In this document: piece by piece, positions 10,455 through 19,160 of the stretch
Layout: every line of letters starts with the position of its first letter
How positions within the stretch are numbered: the stretch's first letter is position 1
Origin: an uncultured Mycoplasmatota bacterium
GTDB taxonomy: Bacteria; Bacillota_I; Bacilli_A; RF39; UBA660
DNA length: 55,145 nt
Assembly (NCBI GenBank): GCA_946413985.1
Contig: CAMKMS010000004.1
Location: 1-55,145, forward strand
Direction: 5' to 3'
Translations under genes and position numbers: made by a program
The notes under the pieces: generated by a model
The model's input: only the letters and a program-made list of their open reading frames with translations
Told to the model about the DNA's origin: nothing
Database searches by the model: none

Positions 10455-10726
10455 AAGAATATCATCTTAATGAAGATGATATTAATGAAATAAAAAACTC
10501 TATTGATGAAAGAGATATTCTAGAATATAGTGTTCATGAAGAAAATATAAGAAAAATACTTGATTATTTAACTTCTAAAAAACTAAATATAAAAGAATTA
10601 TTAAAGAATAAATCATATTTATTTTATACAGATTCTAGTGTATTAATTAATAAATTTAATAGTATTGAAGAAGATAAACTAAAAGAATTAAATGACAATA
10701 TTGATATATTAGATGAATTATTATAA
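10442..10726 (+). CDS. Small hypothetical protein (mTERF-like helical pattern)
   Basis: RBS AGGAGG; MDYLKEYHLNEDDINEI...ENIRKILDYLTSKKLNIKELLKNKSYLF. Confidence 0.65.
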   Translation: MDYLKEYHLNEDDINEIKNSIDERDILEYSVHEENIRKILDYLTSKKLNIKELLKNKSYLFYTDSSVLINKFNSIEEDKLKELNDNIDILDELL

Positions 10727-10773
10727 TACATAAAAAGTATTAATTTATTCATAATATATAATGGTGAATAGTT

Positions 10774-10917
10774 ATGTTTATGAATAACAAATTTAGTACT
10801 AAGAATAAACAATTATATAAAATGAAATGTATTAATACTAGAAATCAAGAGTATAAAGAATTAGAAAATGAATTTGATTTTAAAACAGAAAGAATAAATG
10901 TTAAAAATAAAAAGTGA
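10774..10917 (+). CDS. Small 47-aa ORF not in the ORF track
   Basis: MFMNNKFSTKNKQLYKMKCINTRNQEYKELENEFDFKTERINVKNKK*; RBS-like GGTGA at 10763-10767; stop lies in a terminator hairpin. Confidence 0.5.
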   Translation: MFMNNKFSTKNKQLYKMKCINTRNQEYKELENEFDFKTERINVKNKK

Positions 10918-10937
10918 AAATTGTTTTCACTTTTTTT
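10909..10937 (+). terminator. Intrinsic terminator
   Basis: AAAAGTGAAAA-TTG-TTTTCACTTTT plus T-run. Confidence 0.75.
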
Positions 10938-10982
10938 CTTTTCTTTGCTATAATAATATCGAAATAGAAAGAAGGAAGAAAA

Positions 10983-12179
10983 ATGAAATTATTATGTGTT
11001 AATGCTGGAAGTAGTTCACTTAAATTCCAATTATTTGAAATGCCAGATGAAAAAGTAATAATTAGTGGTTATTTTGAAAAAATTGGACTTGAAGATAGTT
11101 TTTGGAATATTAAAGTAAATGGAGAAAAAATCAAAAAATCAAAATTTATAAAAAATCATACTGAGGCTGTTCAAATATTAATAGATGAACTTATTGATAA
11201 TAATGCAGTTAAAAGTTTAGATGAAATAAAAGGAGTAGGACATAGAGTTGTTCATGGCGGAGAAAAGTATAAAGAATCAGTTATTATTACTGATGAAGTT
11301 ATAAACGATGTTATTGATTTAACAAAGTTTGCATCACTACATCATCCAGGAAATTTAGCTGGAATTAATGCACTTAAAAGTGTATTACCAAAAGTTCCAA
11401 TGGTTGCTGTTTTTGATACTGCATTTCATCAAACAATGCCAAAAGAAAACTATATGTATCCTGTTCCATATGAATGGTATTTAAAATATGGTGTTAGAAA
11501 ATATGGTTTCCATGGTACTAGTCATAAATATATTACAACTGAAATGCAAGAAAAATTAAAGAAAAAAGATGTTAATTTAATAGTTTGTCATATTGGTAGT
11601 GGTGCTAGTATTAGTGCAATCAAAGAAGGAAAATGCTTTGATACTACAATGGGAATTACTCCACTAGATGGACTTATGATGGGAACTCGTAGTGGTTCAA
11701 TAGATCCTTCTATTTTAGAATATGTTTGTAAAGAATCTAAAGAAGATATTTCAGATGTTACAAATGCATTAAATAAAAAGAGTGGTTTACTTGGAATATC
11801 TGGATTTAGTGATTGTAGAGATGTTGAAGACGCAGCTAAAAGAGGAGATGATAGAGCAATTCTAGCACTTAATATGTATAATGATAGAATAGCTAAATAC
11901 ATTGCTGATTATTATATTGAATTAAAAGGTGAAGTAGATGCTATTGTATTTACTGCTGGTGTTGGAGAAAATGGAATTGTTGCAAGAGAAGAAATATTAA
12001 ATCGTTTAAGTCCTCTTGGAATCAAAATAGATAAAAAATCTAATGAAACTATAGCTAGTTTTAAAGATGTAAATGAAGGAATTATTAGTTCAAAAACATC
12101 TAAAGTTCCTGTATATGTTGTACCAACAAATGAAGAATTAATGATTATTAGAGATACATATGAATTAATAAAAAAATAG
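10983..12179 (+). CDS. ackA: Acetate kinase
   Basis: NAGSSSLKFQL, GHRVVHGG, FDTAFHQT, RKYGFHGTSH, FTAGVGEN, PTNEEL. Confidence 0.98.
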   Translation: MKLLCVNAGSSSLKFQLFEMPDEKVIISGYFEKIGLEDSFWNIKVNGEKIKKSKFIKNHTEAVQILIDELIDNNAVKSLDEIKGVGHRVVHGGEKYKESVIITDEVINDVIDLTKFASLHHPGNLAGINALKSVLPKVPMVAVFDTAFHQTMPKENYMYPVPYEWYLKYGVRKYGFHGTSHKYITTEMQEKLKKKDVNLIVCHIGSGASISAIKEGKCFDTTMGITPLDGLMMGTRSGSIDPSILEYVCKESKEDISDVTNALNKKSGLLGISGFSDCRDVEDAAKRGDDRAILALNMYNDRIAKYIADYYIELKGEVDAIVFTAGVGENGIVAREEILNRLSPLGIKIDKKSNETIASFKDVNEGIISSKTSKVPVYVVPTNEELMIIRDTYELIKK

Positions 12180-12193
12180 AAAAGAGAATATTA

Positions 12194-13171
12194 ATGAATA
12201 ATATATATAAATCAATTTATAATGAAATTAAAAAGTATAAGATAATTTATATAGCAAGACACATAGGACCAGATCCAGATGCATTTGGAAGTCAAATGGC
12301 ACTTAAATATAGTATTAAGCTTACTTTTCCAGAAAAAGAAGTATATGCTTTAGGTGCTTCAGTATCAAGATTTAAATATTTTGGTAAACTTGATAAATTA
12401 GAATCTTATGATTATGAAAATGGTCTATTGATAGTTTGTGATACTCCTGATAATAAAAGAGTAGATATAGAAAATTTCTTAAGTTTTAAGCATGTCATTA
12501 AAATTGATCATCATCCAAAGGTTGATACGTTTGGGAGTATTGAATATATTAGAGAAAATGCCAGTTCTGCAAGTGAACTTGTTTATGAAATAATAGAAAA
12601 CACAAAATTAAAAAATAACATGGAAATAGCTGGATATTTATATATGGGAATATTTGCTGATACTAATAGATTTTTATTTAATACAACTAGTGAGACTTTT
12701 GAACTTGTATCTAAGCTAGTTAAAAATTATAAACTTGATATAGAAAGCTTATATAGAAAAGTTTATGCTAAACCTCTTTGCGAAGTAAGATTAATGGGGT
12801 ATATAGCATCTTCATTAAAAGTAGACAAATATGGATTTGCTAGTATTGAAATAGATGATGATGTTATTGCATCATTAGGATGTGATATATCTGCTGTTTC
12901 AAACATGATAAATGATTTTAATAATATAAATGAAATATTAGTGTGGACTTTTGTATCATATGATAGAAAAAATAATTTATATAAGGTTAATATTAGAAGT
13001 AGAGGCCCAGTTATAAATGAAATAGCTTCTAAATATCATGGCGGTGGACATAAATATGCTAGTGGTGTTAGAACTGAAATAAAAGAGGATGTTTCTTCAC
13101 TTTTAAGAGATTTATCTAATGCTTGCAAAGAATACAAAGAGATGGAGGAAGATAATAATGGAAATAACTAG
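12194..13171 (+). CDS. nrnA: DHH family nanoRNase/pAp phosphatase
   Basis: RHIGPDPDAFGS, KIDHHP, DTNRF, GGGHKYASG (DHHA1). Confidence 0.9.
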   Translation: MNNIYKSIYNEIKKYKIIYIARHIGPDPDAFGSQMALKYSIKLTFPEKEVYALGASVSRFKYFGKLDKLESYDYENGLLIVCDTPDNKRVDIENFLSFKHVIKIDHHPKVDTFGSIEYIRENASSASELVYEIIENTKLKNNMEIAGYLYMGIFADTNRFLFNTTSETFELVSKLVKNYKLDIESLYRKVYAKPLCEVRLMGYIASSLKVDKYGFASIEIDDDVIASLGCDISAVSNMINDFNNINEILVWTFVSYDRKNNLYKVNIRSRGPVINEIASKYHGGGHKYASGVRTEIKEDVSSLLRDLSNACKEYKEMEEDNNGNN

Positions 13172-13751
13172 TGTTGATGAACCAATTATAGCTGTTAGAA
13201 TTAGTCAATATCCAGAAGATAAAAAAAGTGAACTTTTAATTCTTGGAAGAAGTAATGTTGGAAAAAGTAGTTTTATTAATACTATTATAAATAGAAAAAA
13301 TTTAGCAAGAACTAGTTCTAAACCAGGAAAAACTCAAACTTTAAATTTCTATAAAGTTAATAAAGAATTCTATATTGTTGATGTTCCTGGGTATGGATAT
13401 GCTGTTACAAGTAAAAAGCAAATGGAAAAATTTGGTGTTATGATAGAAGAATACTTAAAGCAAAGACAAGTATTAAAACATGTTTTCTTGTTAGTTGATT
13501 ATAGACATAAACCAACAGAAGATGATGTTTTAATGTACAAGTTTTTAAAATATTATAATTTACCTGTTACAATAGTATGTACTAAATATGATAAAGTAAA
13601 TCGTTCACTTAGAATGAAACAAGATGATGTTATTAAGAAAGTATTAAATCCTGCACTTGGTGATGAAATTGTTAATTTCTCAAGTATAACAAAAGTTGGA
13701 AAAGATAGAATTTATGAAATAATAGAAAACATTATTGCTAAAAATTCTTGA
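13158..13751 (+). CDS. engB: Ribosome biogenesis GTPase YsxC/EngB
   Basis: GRSNVGKSS, SSKPGKTQ, DVPGYGY, TKYDK; start moved to ATG 13158 (RBS GGAGG). Confidence 0.95.
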   Translation: MEITSVDEPIIAVRISQYPEDKKSELLILGRSNVGKSSFINTIINRKNLARTSSKPGKTQTLNFYKVNKEFYIVDVPGYGYAVTSKKQMEKFGVMIEEYLKQRQVLKHVFLLVDYRHKPTEDDVLMYKFLKYYNLPVTIVCTKYDKVNRSLRMKQDDVIKKVLNPALGDEIVNFSSITKVGKDRIYEIIENIIAKNS

Positions 13752-13802
13752 AAAAGCAAAAATAATTTATTATAATGATATATAGAATAGAGGTTGATTG
13801 TA

Positions 13803-14525
13803 ATGGATAGAAAAGGTTTTACTTTAGTTGAATTACTAGTTGTTATAGTTATTATTGCTGTATTAAGTGTAATAATTGTACCTAGTGTAATTAATATTAA
13901 TAAGAGTATTAATAAAAGATTATTAAGTGAAAAGATTGAAAATATTGAATCAAGTGCAATTCTATATGCTAATAATAATGAAGAAATATTTAATGGAACA
14001 GACGTAGTATATATATATGTTTATGAACTAGTTGATTCAAAATATATGACTATTGATATTGCTGCTGGAACAGATGCTTGTAAAGTAGCAACTGAAAAAT
14101 CAAGAATAGGTTGTGTAATTGATCCAACTGATAAAACTTCAATAAATAATAATTATGTTATCTTAAGAAAAGAAGGCGCTGGTGTAACAGCAACATATGT
14201 TGATACAACTGAATCTCCACAAGGAGTAGCAAATGAATCAGTTACTTTAGTAGATGCTGTATGTGCTGGATTTGCAAATGGAACATTTAAAGGTCAAGCT
14301 TATTCTGGAAATAGAATAGTTGATTGTACTTGTGATAAAGCAAAAGGAGCAACTAAATTATATGTTAAAAATACAGCAACAGAAGTTCAAGCTTGTTTAA
14401 TAGCTGGAGAGAATGTTAATAACTACTTAAAATATGGTGATACAAAGGCTAACTGGAGAGTTTTAGGAGTATATAATTTAGATGGAACTATTACTGCTAA
14501 AATGATTACTTCTGATCCAGTATAA
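13803..14525 (+). CDS. Type IV prepilin-like protein
   Basis: MDRKG^FTLVELLVVIVIIAVLSVIIVP class III signal/N-methylation motif with E5; Cys-containing globular domain. Confidence 0.85.
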   Translation: MDRKGFTLVELLVVIVIIAVLSVIIVPSVININKSINKRLLSEKIENIESSAILYANNNEEIFNGTDVVYIYVYELVDSKYMTIDIAAGTDACKVATEKSRIGCVIDPTDKTSINNNYVILRKEGAGVTATYVDTTESPQGVANESVTLVDAVCAGFANGTFKGQAYSGNRIVDCTCDKAKGATKLYVKNTATEVQACLIAGENVNNYLKYGDTKANWRVLGVYNLDGTITAKMITSDPV

Positions 14526-14537
14526 AAAATATAAATT

Positions 14538-14565
14538 AAACAATATACATGGTATATTGTTTTTT
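14538..14565 (+). terminator. Intrinsic terminator after pilin-like gene
   Basis: AAACAATATAC-ATG-GTATATTGTTT plus T-run. Confidence 0.75.
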
Positions 14566-14605
14566 ATTGTTTAAAAATGTATAATCAAATGGTAGGAGAA
14601 GAAAG

Positions 14606-15370
14606 ATGAAGGATTATTTTAAATATAGATATACGACAGATATTGAATTTAATTTATCTCTTAAAACACATGTAGCTATTATTGGTAATAGTGGTGATTT
14701 TTTTCTTGATACTTTAATTAATAATAATGATAAATGTAATATTTTTATTGGAGATAAAGAGTATACACCAGAAAATAAATTCTATATAAGAAAATTAATG
14801 AGTTTTGTTTTATATAAACATTTAAATATATTTGTTGGTGAAACTGTTAGAGATGAAATAGTCTTTGGTCTTGAAAGTCTTGCATTTACAAAAAATGAAA
14901 TAAATGAAAGAGTAAATAGTCTTAGTAGAAGGTTTAAATTAGATAATTTACTCGAAAAAGACCCCAATAGTTTAGGATCAAGTGATAAAGTAAAAATGAA
15001 AATATTATCTAGTTTAATAATAAAACCTAATGTACTTGTTCTTGATAATGTTTTATGTGAACTTGATTATGTAGATAAATTACTAATTTTTGATATATTA
15101 AAAGAATACACTGATAATGAGGGTGTAGTTATTAATATAACAAATGATATGGAAGAAACTCTAGAAGCAAGTAGAATAATAATAATTCATGATAACAAAC
15201 TTGCTTGTGATGGTAAAACTATAAGTGTTTTAAATGAAGAAAAACTTCTTAAAAGACTTGGTCTTGGTATGCCATTTATAGTAGAGTTAAATAAATATTT
15301 AATGGATTATGGAATAATAAATAAATATTATTTAACTAATGAAAAGTTGGTGGGAGCTTTATGGAAATAA
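14606..15370 (+). CDS. ecfA1: ECF transporter ATPase A component, degenerate
   Basis: FVGETVRDEIVFGLE, position in ecfA-ecfA-ecfT-truA cluster; Walker A reads GNSGDFFL and Walker B VLVLDN. Confidence 0.75.
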   Translation: MKDYFKYRYTTDIEFNLSLKTHVAIIGNSGDFFLDTLINNNDKCNIFIGDKEYTPENKFYIRKLMSFVLYKHLNIFVGETVRDEIVFGLESLAFTKNEINERVNSLSRRFKLDNLLEKDPNSLGSSDKVKMKILSSLIIKPNVLVLDNVLCELDYVDKLLIFDILKEYTDNEGVVINITNDMEETLEASRIIIIHDNKLACDGKTISVLNEEKLLKRLGLGMPFIVELNKYLMDYGIINKYYLTNEKLVGALWK

Positions 15371-16203
15371 TTTTTGATAAAGTAAGTTTTGTAATAAATA
15401 AAAATACACCACTTGAAAAAACAATATTAAATACTATTTCTTTTAGTATTACTGAAAGTGGTATATATTCATTTATTGGGGCTTCTAATAGTGGTAAAAC
15501 TGCTATTGGTGATTTAATTAGTTTATTATATAAACCAACTCGTGGAAGTATTAAAATTGGTGGATATAAAAATAGTAGATTAAAGAAAAAAGATATTAAT
15601 AATTTAAAAAGTAAAATAGGTTATGTTTTTAAAAACCCATATAGTATGTTTATTAATGATACAGTTTCAAAAGAAATAAGTTATGCTATTGATAATTTTG
15701 GATATAAAAAAGAAAGTAAGGAAAAAAGAATATTAGAATCATTAAAACTAGTTGAACTTGATGAATCATATTTAGAAAAAAATCCATTTGATTTAAACAT
15801 AACAGATGCTAAAAAATTAGCTCTTGCTTGTATACTTATTTATAATCCAAAAATAATTATTTTAGATGAAATAACAAATGGTTTATCTGTATCAGATAAG
15901 AATAAATTAATTAGATTATTTAGAATGCTTAAAAATAAATATAGAAAAACAATTATATTACTAAGTAAAGATACATCATTTTGTTATCAAATAACAGATT
16001 ATGTTTATTTACTAAGTTATACAAGACTTATTGATTATGGAACAAAAGATTTATTAGAAAATACAAATATTATTAAAAATGCAAACTTAGAACCACCTAA
16101 AATAGTTTCATTTGTTAATGCTTATAATAAAAAGGGTAGAAATCTTGATTATTATAATAATATACTTGATTTAATTAAAGGGGTGTATAGAGATGTATTC
16201 TAG
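15361..16203 (+). CDS. ecfA2: ECF transporter ATPase A' component, partly degenerate
   Basis: NKNTPLEK N-terminus, Walker A GASNSGKT, YLEKNPFDL, IIILDE. Confidence 0.8.
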   Translation: MEIIFDKVSFVINKNTPLEKTILNTISFSITESGIYSFIGASNSGKTAIGDLISLLYKPTRGSIKIGGYKNSRLKKKDINNLKSKIGYVFKNPYSMFINDTVSKEISYAIDNFGYKKESKEKRILESLKLVELDESYLEKNPFDLNITDAKKLALACILIYNPKIIILDEITNGLSVSDKNKLIRLFRMLKNKYRKTIILLSKDTSFCYQITDYVYLLSYTRLIDYGTKDLLENTNIIKNANLEPPKIVSFVNAYNKKGRNLDYYNNILDLIKGVYRDVF

Positions 16204-16936
16204 AAACTATTATGGATCATTTTATCCTATAACATCAAAAATACATAAGTTAAATCCTATTGTTAAATTAATTAATTTTATTATTATGATTCTTTTAATA
16301 ATACTTACAAATGATAAAGAAATACATTTATATTTATCAATGTTTGTAATGATAATGATATTATTAAGTTATGTTCCAATTAAGTATTATTTTAATACTT
16401 TTTACTCATTAAGATATATTTATTTATTGCTTGCATTTATTTGTGCTTATTTTGGACTTGGTTTTAGTGATTATTTGGTTTATGTATCTAAAATAATAAT
16501 TTTTATTCTTTATTTAAATGTTATAGTTTTTACAACTTCACCTAGTGAAACAATTTATAGTATAGAAAAGTTTTTAAATTTGTTTAATTTTCTTAATTTA
16601 AAAGCCGTAAAAATAGCCAGTAGTATTAATGGTTTATTAAGATATCATCCTTTATATATGATGGTAAAAAATGATGTAATGCTTGCATCTTCAGTAAGAG
16701 GAATTAATATTGGTTTATTTAGTGTTAAAACTAAAATTAGATTAAATAAAAAAATAAGAGAGTTAACAAGAATTAGAAGTAAAGAAATGAATGAATGTGC
16801 TGAACTTAGACTTTATGATATAAATAAACATAGAACAAATTTTAGAACAAATAAAGTTGGTTTTTATGATATACTATTCTTGATATTTCATATTGTACTA
16901 TTATATATGTACGCAACACTGGAGGGATTATTATGA
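16193..16936 (+). CDS. ecfT: ECF transporter T component
   Basis: SKIHKLNPIVK, hydrophobic helices, FTTSPSE, ASSVRG motif. Confidence 0.8.
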   Translation: MYSRNYYGSFYPITSKIHKLNPIVKLINFIIMILLIILTNDKEIHLYLSMFVMIMILLSYVPIKYYFNTFYSLRYIYLLLAFICAYFGLGFSDYLVYVSKIIIFILYLNVIVFTTSPSETIYSIEKFLNLFNFLNLKAVKIASSINGLLRYHPLYMMVKNDVMLASSVRGINIGLFSVKTKIRLNKKIRELTRIRSKEMNECAELRLYDINKHRTNFRTNKVGFYDILFLIFHIVLLYMYATLEGLL

Positions 16937-17655
16937 GATATTTAGTGAATTTATCATATAATGGTAATAAGTATTTTGGATATCAAATTCAAAATAATAA
17001 TATTACTGTTGAAGGAGAAATAGAGAAAGTTTTATCACAAATATTAAACTCAAATATAAATACTATTGCTTCTTCTAGAACAGATAAAGGTGTCCATGCA
17101 ATAAACCAATATTGTCATTTTGATTATGATAAAGTATTAGATACAAAAAAACTTACTCATAGTATGAATAGTATGTTAGATGGAAATATTTATATAAAGA
17201 GTATTAAAAAAGTAAATGATGATTTTCATGCAAGATTTTCTGTTAAATATAAGGAATACATTTATAAAATTAATATGGGTGAATATAATCCAATAGAGAA
17301 AGATTATGTTTTGCAATATAACAAAGAAATAAATAAAGAATTACTTGATAATTTTATATCACAAATAAGTGGTAAACACGACTATAGAAGTTTTACTAGT
17401 GATAAAGATAAAGATAATTATGAAAGAGAAGTTGTAATTGATTATAAAATAGATAATAATATATTATATTTAAGATTTTATTCAACAGGATTTCTAAGAT
17501 ATATGATTAGAAATATAGTTGGTTTGTTACTTGAAATAAATGATGGTAAGAAAAAATTAGATGATATTAAATTTATTTTTGATAGTAAAAATAGATGTAG
17601 CCTTGGCATTCCTGCTGATGGATGCGCATTATATTTGAATAAGGTTATATATTGA
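16933..17655 (+). CDS. truA: tRNA pseudouridine(38-40) synthase
   Basis: YFGYQIQ, SRTDKGVHA, FHARFS, GFLRYMIR. Confidence 0.96.
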   Translation: MRYLVNLSYNGNKYFGYQIQNNNITVEGEIEKVLSQILNSNINTIASSRTDKGVHAINQYCHFDYDKVLDTKKLTHSMNSMLDGNIYIKSIKKVNDDFHARFSVKYKEYIYKINMGEYNPIEKDYVLQYNKEINKELLDNFISQISGKHDYRSFTSDKDKDNYEREVVIDYKIDNNILYLRFYSTGFLRYMIRNIVGLLLEINDGKKKLDDIKFIFDSKNRCSLGIPADGCALYLNKVIY

Positions 17656-17681
17656 TATATAATTAAAAAAGGAGGTAATTT

Positions 17682-19076
17682 ATGTATATATATAATACCC
17701 TAACAAGAAAAAAAGAAGAGTTTGTTGAAATAAAAAAAGGTCATGTGGGTTTGTATACTTGTGGACCTACTGTATATCATTATGCTCATATTGGAAACAT
17801 AAGAAATTATATTGGACATGACATTTTAGAAAAAACACTTGAATATTTAGGATATAAAGTAAAAAGAGTTATGAATATTACTGATGTTGGACACTTAACA
17901 AGTGATTCTGATTCAGGTGAAGATAAAATGGAAGTTGCAAAAAAAAGAGAAGGTAAAAGTGCTTATGAAATAGCAGAATTTTATACTGCAGCTTTCTTTG
18001 ATGATTTTAAAAAAGTTAATTGTGATGTTCCAGATATTGTAAGTCCTGCTACAGATAATATTGATATGTATATTAAAATAATTGAAAAATTACTTAAAGA
18101 TGGTTATGCATATATAAGTGGTGGAAATGTATATTTTGATATTTCTAAATTAAAAGATTATTATGTTTTAACAAATCACAAGGAAGATGAAATGGTAGTA
18201 GGAGCAAGAGAAGGAGTAGAAGAAGATAATAGAAAGAGAAACCAAGCTGATTTTGCTCTTTGGTTTACTGTAAGTAAATTTGAAAATCATGAAATGCTTT
18301 GGGATTCACCTTTTGGACGTGGTTACCCTGGTTGGCATATTGAATGCTCTGGTATTTCAATCAAATACTTAGGAGAATATTTAGATATTCATGGTGGAGG
18401 AGTAGATAATATATTCCCACATCATACTAATGAAATAGCTCAAAGTGAAAGCTATCTTGGACACAAATGGTGTAATTATTGGTTCCATAATGAACATTTA
18501 CTTGATCAAAGTGGAAAAATGAGTAAATCAAATGGTGCAATTCTTACAGTTAGTGAACTAGAAAAACGTGGATATAATCCATTATCATTTAGATTTATGT
18601 GTTTAAATTCACATTATCGTAAACAATTAGTTTTTTCATTTGATGCTTTAGATCAAGCAGAGCAAACTTATAAAAAATTAAAAGATAAAATATCTAATAT
18701 TGTCGATGATGGAGAGTTAGAGGAAGATAAGTATAATTCTTATAATCAAAAATTTATAGACGAAATATCTAATGATTTAAATATATCAAATACAATTACT
18801 ATTTTATATGATTTACTTAAGGATACAGAAGTAAATGGAAAAACTAAACTTGCATTAATTAATTCATTTGATAAAGTATGGTCTTTAGATTTAACTAAAA
18901 CTATTGAAGAAGATAAAGAATTAACTGAATATATCTTATCTAAAATAGAACAAAGAAATAATGCTAAGAAAGAAAAGAATTATTCTCTTGCAGATCAAAT
19001 AAGAAATGAATTATTAGAAAAAGGCATTGAGCTTATGGATACAAGAGAAGGAACCAAATATAAAATATTGAAGTAA
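17682..19076 (+). CDS. cysS: Cysteinyl-tRNA synthetase
   Basis: CGPTVY, HIGN, GYPGWHIECS, FPHHTNEIAQ, KMSKS. Confidence 0.98.
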   Translation: MYIYNTLTRKKEEFVEIKKGHVGLYTCGPTVYHYAHIGNIRNYIGHDILEKTLEYLGYKVKRVMNITDVGHLTSDSDSGEDKMEVAKKREGKSAYEIAEFYTAAFFDDFKKVNCDVPDIVSPATDNIDMYIKIIEKLLKDGYAYISGGNVYFDISKLKDYYVLTNHKEDEMVVGAREGVEEDNRKRNQADFALWFTVSKFENHEMLWDSPFGRGYPGWHIECSGISIKYLGEYLDIHGGGVDNIFPHHTNEIAQSESYLGHKWCNYWFHNEHLLDQSGKMSKSNGAILTVSELEKRGYNPLSFRFMCLNSHYRKQLVFSFDALDQAEQTYKKLKDKISNIVDDGELEEDKYNSYNQKFIDEISNDLNISNTITILYDLLKDTEVNGKTKLALINSFDKVWSLDLTKTIEEDKELTEYILSKIEQRNNAKKEKNYSLADQIRNELLEKGIELMDTREGTKYKILK

Positions 19077-19080
19077 TACA

Positions 19081-19112
19081 AAAAAATAAAGAAAATATCT
19101 TTATTTTTTTTT
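19081..19112 (+). terminator. Intrinsic terminator after cysS
   Basis: AAAAAATAAAGA...TCTTTATTTTTT. Confidence 0.6.
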
Positions 19113-19160
19113 GATATTTGTTATAATTATATTTAGAATAGGAAGGATAGGTTTTTTAGT

